Shown: one piece after another, positions 8,341 through 16,506 of the stretch
How positions within the stretch are numbered: position 1 is the stretch's first letter
How the letters are laid out: the number at the start of each line of letters is the position of its first letter
NCBI GenBank assembly: GCA_964195195.1
Contig: CAXMPN010000001.1
Coordinates: 2,854-39,289, forward strand
DNA length: 36,436 nucleotides
Direction of reading: 5' to 3'
DNA from: Pontiella sp.
Lineage (GTDB): Bacteria; Verrucomicrobiota; Kiritimatiellia; Kiritimatiellales; Pontiellaceae
Position numbers and translations under genes: made by a program
The notes under the pieces: model-generated
The model's input: only the letters and a program-made list of their open reading frames with translations
Told to the model about the DNA's origin: nothing
The model's database searches: none

Positions 8341-10107
8341 ATGGATTTTACGGGACAGATCAAAGGCCTTTTCACACCACCGCAACGGCCGCATTCGCCT
8401 CGTGCTGAACTCTCCGTACGGACCGGAAAGTGCAATGATCGGAAGGATTTCCAATGGATGGAGACGAATGTCCCGTGCCAAAAGGCCTGTCCTGCCGGAA
8501 CGGACATCCCCGCCTATCTCACCGCCATCGCGGAGAGCGATCCGGACGAAGCATACCGTATCAACCTGCGCGACAACATTTTTCCCGCCGTGCTGGGCCG
8601 GGTCTGCTCACGACCCTGCGAAGCGGCTTGCCGCCACGGGTATGAAGGACTGGGTGACGCCCTGGCCATTTGCTTTTCCAAGCGCTCTGCAGCCGACTTT
8701 AAATCGGAAAACCGCATCCTGTTGGATCCAACCTTCCCCCCGTCGGGGAAAAGGGTCGCGGTTGTCGGCTCGGGAGTGGCCGGGCTGGCGGTTGCAAGAA
8801 ACCTAACCCTGCTTGGTCACCGCGTAACGATTTATGAAAAGCACCCCAGTCCCGGCGGAATGCTGAACCAAGGTATTCCCGAGTTCCGTTTGCCGCGCCC
8901 TATTATCGACCGGGAGATCGGTCAAATCACCGGGCTCGGAGTTGAGATTATCTGCAACACAGAGATCGGTACCGACCTGCTTTTGTCGAACCTGCTGGAA
9001 GGATTTGATTCCGTCGTCATGGCGGCGGGTACGCTCAAGCCCAACCTGCTCAATATTCCCGGCCACGAGCTGTCCGGAATACACCACGGGCTCGACTTCC
9101 TGCGGGAAGTCAACGAAACGGGAACCGCCGACATTGGCCGGAGCGTCATCGTGATCGGCGGAGGATTTACCGCCATGGATTGCGCCCGCACCGCCCAACG
9201 GATGGGTGTACAGACGGCGCAATGGGACCTGAAGGTGCTATACCGCCGGTCCAGAAACGATATGCGCGTTACCCCCGGCGAACTGGAAGAACTTGAAAAC
9301 GAGCGCATCCCGCTCGAATGCCACGCCACCCCCCTCGCCTACCTTGGAGCGGAAGGTCACGTTACAGGCATGCGCTTTCGGCGGACGGAGACCGGAGAAG
9401 AATTCGAAGTTCCCGCGGATGCAGTGCTGCTTGCAACCGGCCAGTTTCCCGACTTTTCATGGGCTGGAGATATTAGTGAAATTGAGTCGATCGACCTCAA
9501 TAACAAGCTGTTTGCGGCCGGCGACTACGCCCAGGGAGCGACATCACTGATCGACGCCATCGCCCATGCCAAGCGCGTTGCGCTGGATGTCGATGGTTTC
9601 CTCATGGGGCGAAACCGCATGGAGACCCACGTACGGGTGGAGAACGCGACAGCAACCGGCCGGACACGTGAAATGGATTTCATCGAGCGCCAGCCGATGC
9701 CCGCCCTTCCCCTCTCCGCCCGCGACCTGCCGAGCGAAGTCGAACGGGGCTACGATACCGTACGTACGATCGAGGAGGCCAAGCGCTGCTACCGCTGCAA
9801 CTACAAGTTCGAAATTGATCAGGACAAGTGCATCAAGTGCGACTGGTGCCTGAAAGCCAAGCCACGACCGGAATGCATACTGATGCTCAAGGAGCTAAAG
9901 CATGACGAAGAGGGCCGCGTGGTGTCGTGGGAGGCGACCGAAACGGTTCGCGAGATGAACCTGATCTGGATCAATTCCGATGAATGCATCCGTTGCGGTG
10001 CCTGCATCAAGGCCTGCCCGGTCGATGCCATTACCCTGCAGAAGGTTTCGCTTTGCACCGAGCCGGTCATCCAGAAAAATACCAGTCATTTGGAGAATCG
10101 GACATGA
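8341..10107 (+). CDS. GltD/DsrL-like FAD/NAD(P)H Fe-S oxidoreductase with a C-terminal ferredoxin-like domain
   Basis: CQKACP, LGRVCSRPCEAAC, GSGVAG, GIPEFRLP, GGGFTAMDC, LYRR, EAKRCYRC, CIKCDWC and CIRCGACIKACP motifs. Confidence 0.88.
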   Translation: MDFTGQIKGLFTPPQRPHSPRAELSVRTGKCNDRKDFQWMETNVPCQKACPAGTDIPAYLTAIAESDPDEAYRINLRDNIFPAVLGRVCSRPCEAACRHGYEGLGDALAICFSKRSAADFKSENRILLDPTFPPSGKRVAVVGSGVAGLAVARNLTLLGHRVTIYEKHPSPGGMLNQGIPEFRLPRPIIDREIGQITGLGVEIICNTEIGTDLLLSNLLEGFDSVVMAAGTLKPNLLNIPGHELSGIHHGLDFLREVNETGTADIGRSVIVIGGGFTAMDCARTAQRMGVQTAQWDLKVLYRRSRNDMRVTPGELEELENERIPLECHATPLAYLGAEGHVTGMRFRRTETGEEFEVPADAVLLATGQFPDFSWAGDISEIESIDLNNKLFAAGDYAQGATSLIDAIAHAKRVALDVDGFLMGRNRMETHVRVENATATGRTREMDFIERQPMPALPLSARDLPSEVERGYDTVRTIEEAKRCYRCNYKFEIDQDKCIKCDWCLKAKPRPECILMLKELKHDEEGRVVSWEATETVREMNLIWINSDECIRCGACIKACPVDAITLQKVSLCTEPVIQKNTSHLENRT

Positions 10108-11270
10108 CCAAGCCACCTGTTGTATTCATCGCCGGAGAACGCCAGCATGCCGGAAAGACCGTTACCAGCCTCGGCATCATTTCCGCGCTCACCAACCATA
10201 TGGATCCAAAGGATATCGGATACTTCAAGCCGGTCGGCCAGGAAATGGTCACACTGCCAAATGGCGAACGGATCGATAAAGACGTGCGCATCGTCAAGGA
10301 ATTCACCGGACTGGATATGCTGGACATGGGAATACTCTCCCCGGTACGGGTGATCTCGGGCGTTACCCGCGAGTATATCAAGAGTGACAATCCGCGGGCT
10401 ATAACCGCCACCTTCGAGCAATCTATTCATAAGTCGCTCGAGGCCCTCTCCGACAAGAAGCTCATCATTGCCGAGGGGACCGGCCATCCCGGCGGGGGTT
10501 CGGCGGTCGGCTTGTCGAATGCGCGCGTGGCCAACCTGCTCGGGGCACGAATTCTATACCTGGTCGGCGGGGGCATTGGCCGAACCGTGGATGAGCTGGA
10601 AGTCGACCTTTCCTACTTCTCGCACCACCACAGCCACGTGGCCGGCGTCCTGTTCAACAAGGTGCTTCCCAACAAGCTGGAGATGATGGCCGATGTACTG
10701 ACCGAGGAGGCGCTCGACCGTATCTTCCCCGAATGGGATCCGGCATTGAAGGTGTTTGGCTACATGCCGCAGGTTAAATACCTGAACAATCCTTCGATGC
10801 ATCTGATCAGTCAAAGTTTCAGTGAGAACCGCACGTTCAAGGACGGTCTCAGCGGCCATGCATGGCATTTGCCCTGCCGCAAGGTGAAGATCATCTCCCA
10901 GGACTACGACTTTTTCCATCCCTCCATCCTGCACCCGCGCGACATCGCGGTCATCGGAGCTGGTTCCCGCCGGCGCGTGAAGAAGATCATCGAATACAAT
11001 CGCTCCTTGCCGGATGAAAAGCTTGGTGGCCTGATTCTCACCTGCGCCGACGATCAATCGCCCGATGCGGAAACCATCGAACTGTTGGCCCAAAGTTGCC
11101 TGCCGGCCATCGCCGTCCAGAAGGACACGGCCGATGCGGATGCCTCCCTGTACAAATGTTTCAGCAACACCAAACTCCAGCTCTACGACCAGATGAAGCA
11201 CAAGTTGATCGTCGACCTCTTTGCAGAACACTTCGACGCCAAACGCTTTATCCGCACATTTGGCCTTTAG
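10104..11270 (+). CDS. Stand-alone BioD-like (AAA_26) P-loop plus DRTGG-type protein (phosphate acetyltransferase N-terminal-like)
   Basis: QHAGKTVTSLG, GYFKPVG, IIAEGTGH, GGIG and GVLFNKV motifs. The start overlaps the previous stop (ATGA) after GGAGA. Confidence 0.82.
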   Translation: MTKPPVVFIAGERQHAGKTVTSLGIISALTNHMDPKDIGYFKPVGQEMVTLPNGERIDKDVRIVKEFTGLDMLDMGILSPVRVISGVTREYIKSDNPRAITATFEQSIHKSLEALSDKKLIIAEGTGHPGGGSAVGLSNARVANLLGARILYLVGGGIGRTVDELEVDLSYFSHHHSHVAGVLFNKVLPNKLEMMADVLTEEALDRIFPEWDPALKVFGYMPQVKYLNNPSMHLISQSFSENRTFKDGLSGHAWHLPCRKVKIISQDYDFFHPSILHPRDIAVIGAGSRRRVKKIIEYNRSLPDEKLGGLILTCADDQSPDAETIELLAQSCLPAIAVQKDTADADASLYKCFSNTKLQLYDQMKHKLIVDLFAEHFDAKRFIRTFGL

Positions 11271-11627
11271 AAAAAATTCATTGTCCCATTCATTGGACGG
11301 TGATTTCGTTGTGCGATCATCATTGAACCGCAATATCAGCCGTTCTGAGGACCACCGACTTACCGCCTGCAGCACATGGCGACATTTATCATTATCACAG
11401 CGGAGACCGGCGGCAACGTCCTACACATCGACTCCACCTGCTGCTTTCGGAGAAGGCGAGCTCTTGGGTTTTTCCGGACTCTTTAAAAAGTCCGGCGGTC
11501 AGCGAAGTGAAACAGTAATAAAAGAAGTGCTCGCGTATTGCTGGGTAAAACAATAGCTTTCATGCGTCTACTCGAAGAAAGATATCAGCACCTCGCAGCA
11601 CATAGAGCACTCAGGAGAGGAAAACCC

Positions 11628-12053
11628 ATGGCCGAACAAACTGATCTAATAACGGTACTTTTGGTTGAGGATAATGAATCACTTCGGAAATTATTACGAT
11701 GTACCATGGAAGAAGCTGGCTACCGGGTACTTACAGCTGATAACGGTCATCAAGCACTACAGGTTGCCGAGAACACTCCCATCGATGTGGTGGTCACCGA
11801 TATTTTGATGCCGGTAATGGATGGCCTTGAACTGATCGTAGAGCTCAAGGCCCTGAATACATCCTGTCGGATCATTGCGATGACAGGGGGTGGCTCTATG
11901 CTCATCAACACTATCGACAATCTCAACTCCCGGTATGCCGACCTCTTCGGAACCCACCACATCCTACAAAAACCGTTTCAACCCGGCGAACTGATCGAAG
12001 CACTTGAGACCGCATTGTCGGAGGACCGGCCGCCGGCCCAACCTGACAAATGA
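11628..12053 (+). CDS. Single-domain response regulator (CheY-like)
   Basis: VEDN, TDILMPVMDG, AMTG and LQKPF motifs; RBS AGGAGAGG; no output domain. Confidence 0.9.
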   Translation: MAEQTDLITVLLVEDNESLRKLLRCTMEEAGYRVLTADNGHQALQVAENTPIDVVVTDILMPVMDGLELIVELKALNTSCRIIAMTGGGSMLINTIDNLNSRYADLFGTHHILQKPFQPGELIEALETALSEDRPPAQPDK

Positions 12054-12136
12054 TGCAAGCGTGACGATTCATATAAGAGCCCACTTGCAACCATCCAACC
12101 GGATAGGGATAATCAGGAAATTTTAAGGAGTATCTA

Positions 12137-12898
12137 ATGAAACGTATATCATTCCTATGTGCTGTTATCGCCGTTCTTGCCGGTTGCCAAACAACCACCG
12201 TCCCACCCGATCCATCCGTCCTGCGCGTAGGTGTATCCCCTGGTTCCCAGCCGCTTATATTCAAACAGGGCGGACAGATTATGGGAATCGAAGCGGATTT
12301 CGCGCAAAAGCTCGGCCAGTCTCTTAGTCGCAGGGTGGTCTTCGTCGAGGTGCCATGGGGCAAGCAGATCGACTACCTGGAAGCCAACCGAACCGATATT
12401 ATTATGTCCGGCATGAGCATCACTCCTGCGCGCAATGTCCGGATCAATTTTGCATATCCTTATCTTCACTCCGGACTCAGCGCAGCATTCAAACGCGACC
12501 AAATCGGCCTATCCAGTCTTCTCGCGAACGTCCTGCGCTATCAGGACAAGCGCGTCGGCTACGTGAAAAATACCACCGGCGAGTTCTTCTGCATGCAGCG
12601 TTTCGCCAACGCACGAAAAGACGGATTCACGAGCGCCCAGGCCGGCATCAACGCCTTGAAGGGCGGGAAGATTGATATGTTCGTGCATGACGCCCCCATC
12701 ATCTGGTGGCTCTCCGCAAACAATGAAGCCGAGGTGGTGTCATTCCCCGAACTCCTCAATATTGAACCGCTGGCCTGGGGGGTCGGCAAGCATAACTCGG
12801 CCCTGCTGGATGAAATTAACGCGCTTGTTGCCCAATGGGAAAAGGATGGAACCAGCGAGAAGATCATCAAAAACTGGATTCCCAGCTTCCGCATGTAA
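12137..12898 (+). CDS. Amino-acid ABC-type substrate-binding lipoprotein (family 3)
   Basis: Lipobox LAGC; LRVGV, GIEADFA, DIIMSGMSITPAR and F.YPY motifs; RBS AAGGAG. Confidence 0.88.
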   Translation: MKRISFLCAVIAVLAGCQTTTVPPDPSVLRVGVSPGSQPLIFKQGGQIMGIEADFAQKLGQSLSRRVVFVEVPWGKQIDYLEANRTDIIMSGMSITPARNVRINFAYPYLHSGLSAAFKRDQIGLSSLLANVLRYQDKRVGYVKNTTGEFFCMQRFANARKDGFTSAQAGINALKGGKIDMFVHDAPIIWWLSANNEAEVVSFPELLNIEPLAWGVGKHNSALLDEINALVAQWEKDGTSEKIIKNWIPSFRM

Positions 12899-12913
12899 TC
12901 CTTCCATACCGGA

Positions 12914-14422
12914 TCACCGGGGCGCTGCCAGCGGACAGCGCACGTTGACCGGATAATCGGGCAGCTTGCGGGCGAGAGCCTGCTTGAGCATCGGGACCCC
13001 TCCGGCGCTGAACGGGGCGCTGTAGGCTCGGATTTCCTTCTGAAGGACGGCAGCCTCTTCCACCTTGGCGGCGACAACCAGCATCTCCATCGCGGCGTAG
13101 ATCTCGGGCCGTACGTTGGCGGTGGCGCACACAAATCCGGCGGCACCCTGTTGGACGGGTTCGGAGATGTTCGTGCTGCTTCCAACAAAATAACGTGGCG
13201 TGTGCTCCATCAGTTCGAGGTCTTGCGCGGAATCCTTTATGGCAAAATGCGGCACCGCCTTCAGGATTTCCGGGGTAATCGCATTCCCCGAATGTTTCGG
13301 AAAGTTGTAGAGGATGAACGGCACATCGGCTTCTGCCTCCAGTGCACGGAAGTAGTCGATGATCCCTTGTGCGGACAGCCCGGCCGGATAGATGGGCGGA
13401 AGTGCCGCCACCGCATCCGCTCCGAATTCGTTGGCCCACTGCACTTCAATTCTGTTCTGGGCCAGACCGGTTCCGCCGGCGTGCAGCACGATCAAACCCG
13501 GAAAATAGCGGCGAGCCAACTTGAGCAGCAGTTTCCGCTCGTCGGGCAGCAGCGAATAAAACTCCGACGTCGTGCCGTTTACCATGATGCGATGGATGCC
13601 ATGGTGCGCAAGGAATTCCAGATGCCGGATAAATGCACGCTGATCGATCGCTCCCGAATCATCGAACGGTGTGAGTACGGGCACGATCAACCCTCGCAGA
13701 CCCACCTCGGCATACTCGGAGGCAAACAAGGCCTGGTGCTGATGAAATAATCCATCGGATACCGATTCGATTTCAAGGTGGTAGTCCTCGTCGCAATAGA
13801 GGTGAAGATCCGCCCATTTTTTGCTTTCCGCGCCGTATTCCGAAAACTCGCGCAGGTTGCTTTGCAGGAAGGTGGAGATCGCCATCTCGTGGTCGTAACC
13901 ACGATCCGCGATGTCGCGTCCCACCCGGGTCGCCAACTGGGTCTTCCAGTCGGAATCGATAAAGATGGAAAAATCGACCAGCTCGCGCAGGTCGCGGTAG
14001 GTGGCCGTTTCGCCGTCGAGCATGTTGAAGCGGGCCGCCTCGTACGGGGTGGATTCCAATGCTTCCCCGTTTTCCTGGTCGTACAGCGGACGGCGAAAGG
14101 TGCGGCCGGCTTTCATTTCAACCAGATGATCCTTCAAGAGTTCCAGCTTGTTCGCCTCGGGGTGCGGGCCGTAGATATTTCGTTCCGCGCGGAATGCCCG
14201 CGAGGTTTTATAGTCGTCCAACCGCAGCACCCGCGCATCGGCCAGTTGTTCCGCCAATGCCTTTGAAAAAGTCGACTTCCCCGTACCGCCGGGGCCGCCT
14301 ACCGCCACCAGTACAGGAGTGGTTCTATCGGCAAACAGGGCTTTCAACAATTCCGCCACCACCTGTTCCGGCGCGCGGCGGCTTCCGTTCTTCAGGGCGA
14401 TATGGGTCTTGTATTTGTGCAT
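12914..14422 (-). CDS. Fusion of a uridine-kinase/phosphoribulokinase-like P-loop kinase and a DapA/NanA-family class I aldolase
   Basis: N-half: VAVGGPGGTGKST, LDDY, P.AN, P.YD, DFSIFID. C-half: VPVLTPFD, NGTTSEF, LYNFP and the AIKDS Schiff-base lysine. Start probably the ATG at 14422. Confidence 0.85.
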   Translation of the reverse strand: MHKYKTHIALKNGSRRAPEQVVAELLKALFADRTTPVLVAVGGPGGTGKSTFSKALAEQLADARVLRLDDYKTSRAFRAERNIYGPHPEANKLELLKDHLVEMKAGRTFRRPLYDQENGEALESTPYEAARFNMLDGETATYRDLRELVDFSIFIDSDWKTQLATRVGRDIADRGYDHEMAISTFLQSNLREFSEYGAESKKWADLHLYCDEDYHLEIESVSDGLFHQHQALFASEYAEVGLRGLIVPVLTPFDDSGAIDQRAFIRHLEFLAHHGIHRIMVNGTTSEFYSLLPDERKLLLKLARRYFPGLIVLHAGGTGLAQNRIEVQWANEFGADAVAALPPIYPAGLSAQGIIDYFRALEAEADVPFILYNFPKHSGNAITPEILKAVPHFAIKDSAQDLELMEHTPRYFVGSSTNISEPVQQGAAGFVCATANVRPEIYAAMEMLVVAAKVEEAAVLQKEIRAYSAPFSAGGVPMLKQALARKLPDYPVNVRCPLAAPR

Positions 14423-14515
14423 GCGTCCGAAACTATCGGATTCCGAAAGCACGGAAAACCCCCTTTGCAATCTTTGGGAAGCGCAGTATGCTGAGCCTAG
14501 TTAACGGAGGTACGT

Positions 14516-14800
14516 ATGAGAGGCCATATCATTGCTGAAAAACAGTTCCTGCACCAGGGCATTGACCACCATGTATTTGTAACCGCCATAGACAACGCCG
14601 AGAAAGAGTACCGGTTCGAAGTCCGGTGCATTGCCCCGGGAGGCGAACACCCGGAAACCATCTACGAGAAGGTTATCAATCTTTCATCCGCGTTGGCGCA
14701 GCAGCCCAACTCCACCATCGATCAGCTTATTGAAGCTGAACTTACGGCCATCCGCCATGAAGTCTATGCGGAAGAGGATATCCACGCGCACGATCCGTAA
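14516..14800 (+). CDS. Hypothetical protein (94 aa)
   Basis: RBS GGAGG, normal codon usage, fills the gap between two genes; no recognisable motif. Confidence 0.7.
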   Translation: MRGHIIAEKQFLHQGIDHHVFVTAIDNAEKEYRFEVRCIAPGGEHPETIYEKVINLSSALAQQPNSTIDQLIEAELTAIRHEVYAEEDIHAHDP

Positions 14801-14801
14801 A

Positions 14802-14935
14802 TTGTAGATGATGCTTTCAGCTTCGTTACGGCAGCGCAGTCATTCTCTGAGGCAAGGTTATCTCCACAAGTTAAGTTTCAGGATGTAAATAGTACCGCCC
14901 AGCAACCCGAACGAAGCTGGAAGCATCGTCTACAA
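14802..14935. repeat. REP-doublet (REPIN)/MITE-like element with 26-bp inverted arms
   Basis: TTGTAGATGATGCTTTCAGCTTCGTT (14802-14827) versus the reverse complement of 14910-14935, TTGTAGACGATGCTTCCAGCTTCGTT: 24/26 identical. Each arm has GTAG plus an internal palindrome. Confidence 0.8.
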
Positions 14936-14969
14936 AAAACCCGGAGTTCCTCGCGGATACTCCGGGTTT
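14934..14969 (-). terminator. Rho-independent terminator of gltBD
   Basis: Stem AAACCCGGAG...CTCCGGGTTT with a T-tract on the minus strand, about 25 nt after the gltD stop. Confidence 0.8.
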
Positions 14970-14994
14970 AAGCAAGCGGGACGCTTGTTCTATT

Positions 14995-16482
14995 TTACGG
15001 GAGAACCGTGTCGCCCATGAGGTACTTATCGACCTCGCGCGCGCATCCACGGCCTTCGTTGATCGCCCACACCACCAGCGACTGACCGCGGCGGGAGTCG
15101 CCGGAGGCAAACACGCCTTCAACATTGGTGGTATAGATTTCGTGCTCTGCCTTGTAGTTGGAGCGGGCATCGCGATCGATTCCCAGTTGTTCGGCCACCG
15201 GATCTTCCGGACCGAGAAAGCCCATGGCGAGCAGCACGAGATCGGCTTCAATCCGCTTTTCTGTACCCTCAACCGCTTTGGGCATCTTGCCGCCCTGCCC
15301 ATTGTCCACCCATTCCACTTCGATCGTGTGAATCGCCACCAGGTTGCCGTCGGCATCGCCTTCAAATTTTTGGGTCATGACCGAAAAATTACGCGGATCC
15401 GAACCCTGCAGCTTGATGGCTTCCTCCTGGCCATAGTCGGTCTTCAAGTTGGCGGGCCACTGCGGCCAGGGATTGGAAACGCGGTTGCGGTCGGCATCCG
15501 GCTTCGGCAGGATTTCAAGCTGGGTGACTTTTTCACATTCATGGCGGAGCGAGGTGCCGACACAGTCGGTACCCGTATCGCCGCCGCCGATCACGATCAC
15601 CTTCTTGTCCTTGGCGGAAATATAGTTTCCGTCTTCCAAGTTGCTGTCGAGCAGGCTCTTGGTATTGGCGGCAAGGAATTCCATCGCGAAATAAACGCCC
15701 TTCAGGTCGCGGCCTTTGGCAGGAAGGTCGCGCGGCTTGGTGGCTCCGTTGGCCAGGACAATGGAATCGAATTTCTTCTTTAGTTCATCGGCCTTGATGT
15801 CCTTGCCCACTTCAACGCTGGTTTTATAGATGACCCCTTCCGCCTCGATGATATCGATGCGGCGCTGCATCACGCCTTTATCCAGCTTCATGCTGGGAAT
15901 GCCGTACATCATCAGCCCGCCGATACGGTCGTCCCGCTCATACACCGTTACATGATGCCCCGCACGGTTAAGCTGCTGGGCACAGGAGAGGCCGGCGGGT
16001 CCGGAGCCAATGATGGCGATCTTTTTATCCGTGCGAATATCCGGAGGTTCCGGAACCACCCAACCGTTTGCAAAGCCCTTGTCGGCGATAGCACGCTCGT
16101 TATCGTGAATGGTCACGGCCGGCTCGATGATGCCGAGCACACAGCCAGCTTCACAAGGAGCCGGACAGACGCGCCCGGTCACTTCCGGAAAGTTGTTGGT
16201 GTGGTGCAAACGGTCCAGCGCCTCGCGCCAGCGGTTGCGGTAGATCAGATCGTTCCACTCGGGGATCAGGTTGTTGATCGGGCATCCGCTTGCGCCCCCC
16301 TTCAACATATCCCCGCGGTGGCAGAACGGCACCCCGCAATCCATGCAGCGCCCCCCCTGCTCGCGGCACGTCTGCTCGTCACGGAGTACATAGACTTCTT
16401 CCCAATCCTTGACGCGCTCCTCCTCGGGACGCATCGGGTTGGTCTTCCGTACGAATTCTAAAAATCCTGTTGGCTTTCCCAT
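14995..16482 (-). CDS. gltD: Glutamate synthase small (beta) subunit
   Basis: MGKPTGFLE, RCMDCGVPFC, NNFPE.TGRVCPAPCE, GSGPAG, GGGDTG and RRGQSLVVWAI motifs; directly downstream of gltB. Confidence 0.97.
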   Translation of the reverse strand: MGKPTGFLEFVRKTNPMRPEEERVKDWEEVYVLRDEQTCREQGGRCMDCGVPFCHRGDMLKGGASGCPINNLIPEWNDLIYRNRWREALDRLHHTNNFPEVTGRVCPAPCEAGCVLGIIEPAVTIHDNERAIADKGFANGWVVPEPPDIRTDKKIAIIGSGPAGLSCAQQLNRAGHHVTVYERDDRIGGLMMYGIPSMKLDKGVMQRRIDIIEAEGVIYKTSVEVGKDIKADELKKKFDSIVLANGATKPRDLPAKGRDLKGVYFAMEFLAANTKSLLDSNLEDGNYISAKDKKVIVIGGGDTGTDCVGTSLRHECEKVTQLEILPKPDADRNRVSNPWPQWPANLKTDYGQEEAIKLQGSDPRNFSVMTQKFEGDADGNLVAIHTIEVEWVDNGQGGKMPKAVEGTEKRIEADLVLLAMGFLGPEDPVAEQLGIDRDARSNYKAEHEIYTTNVEGVFASGDSRRGQSLVVWAINEGRGCAREVDKYLMGDTVLP

Positions 16483-16506
16483 AACAAAATCTCCTGCAGA
16501 TTAGAA

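Noticed and set aside
8341-10107. Calling this gene gltD or dsrL
   Set aside because: True gltD lies next to gltB, and there are no dsrAB or dsrC genes in the window, so only a family-level call is supported.
12914-13720. Calling the aldolase domain dapA
   Set aside because: It is divergent (GTTSE, and no clear match to the DapA substrate-binding Arg in YNxPxR), fused to a kinase, and has no lysine-pathway context.
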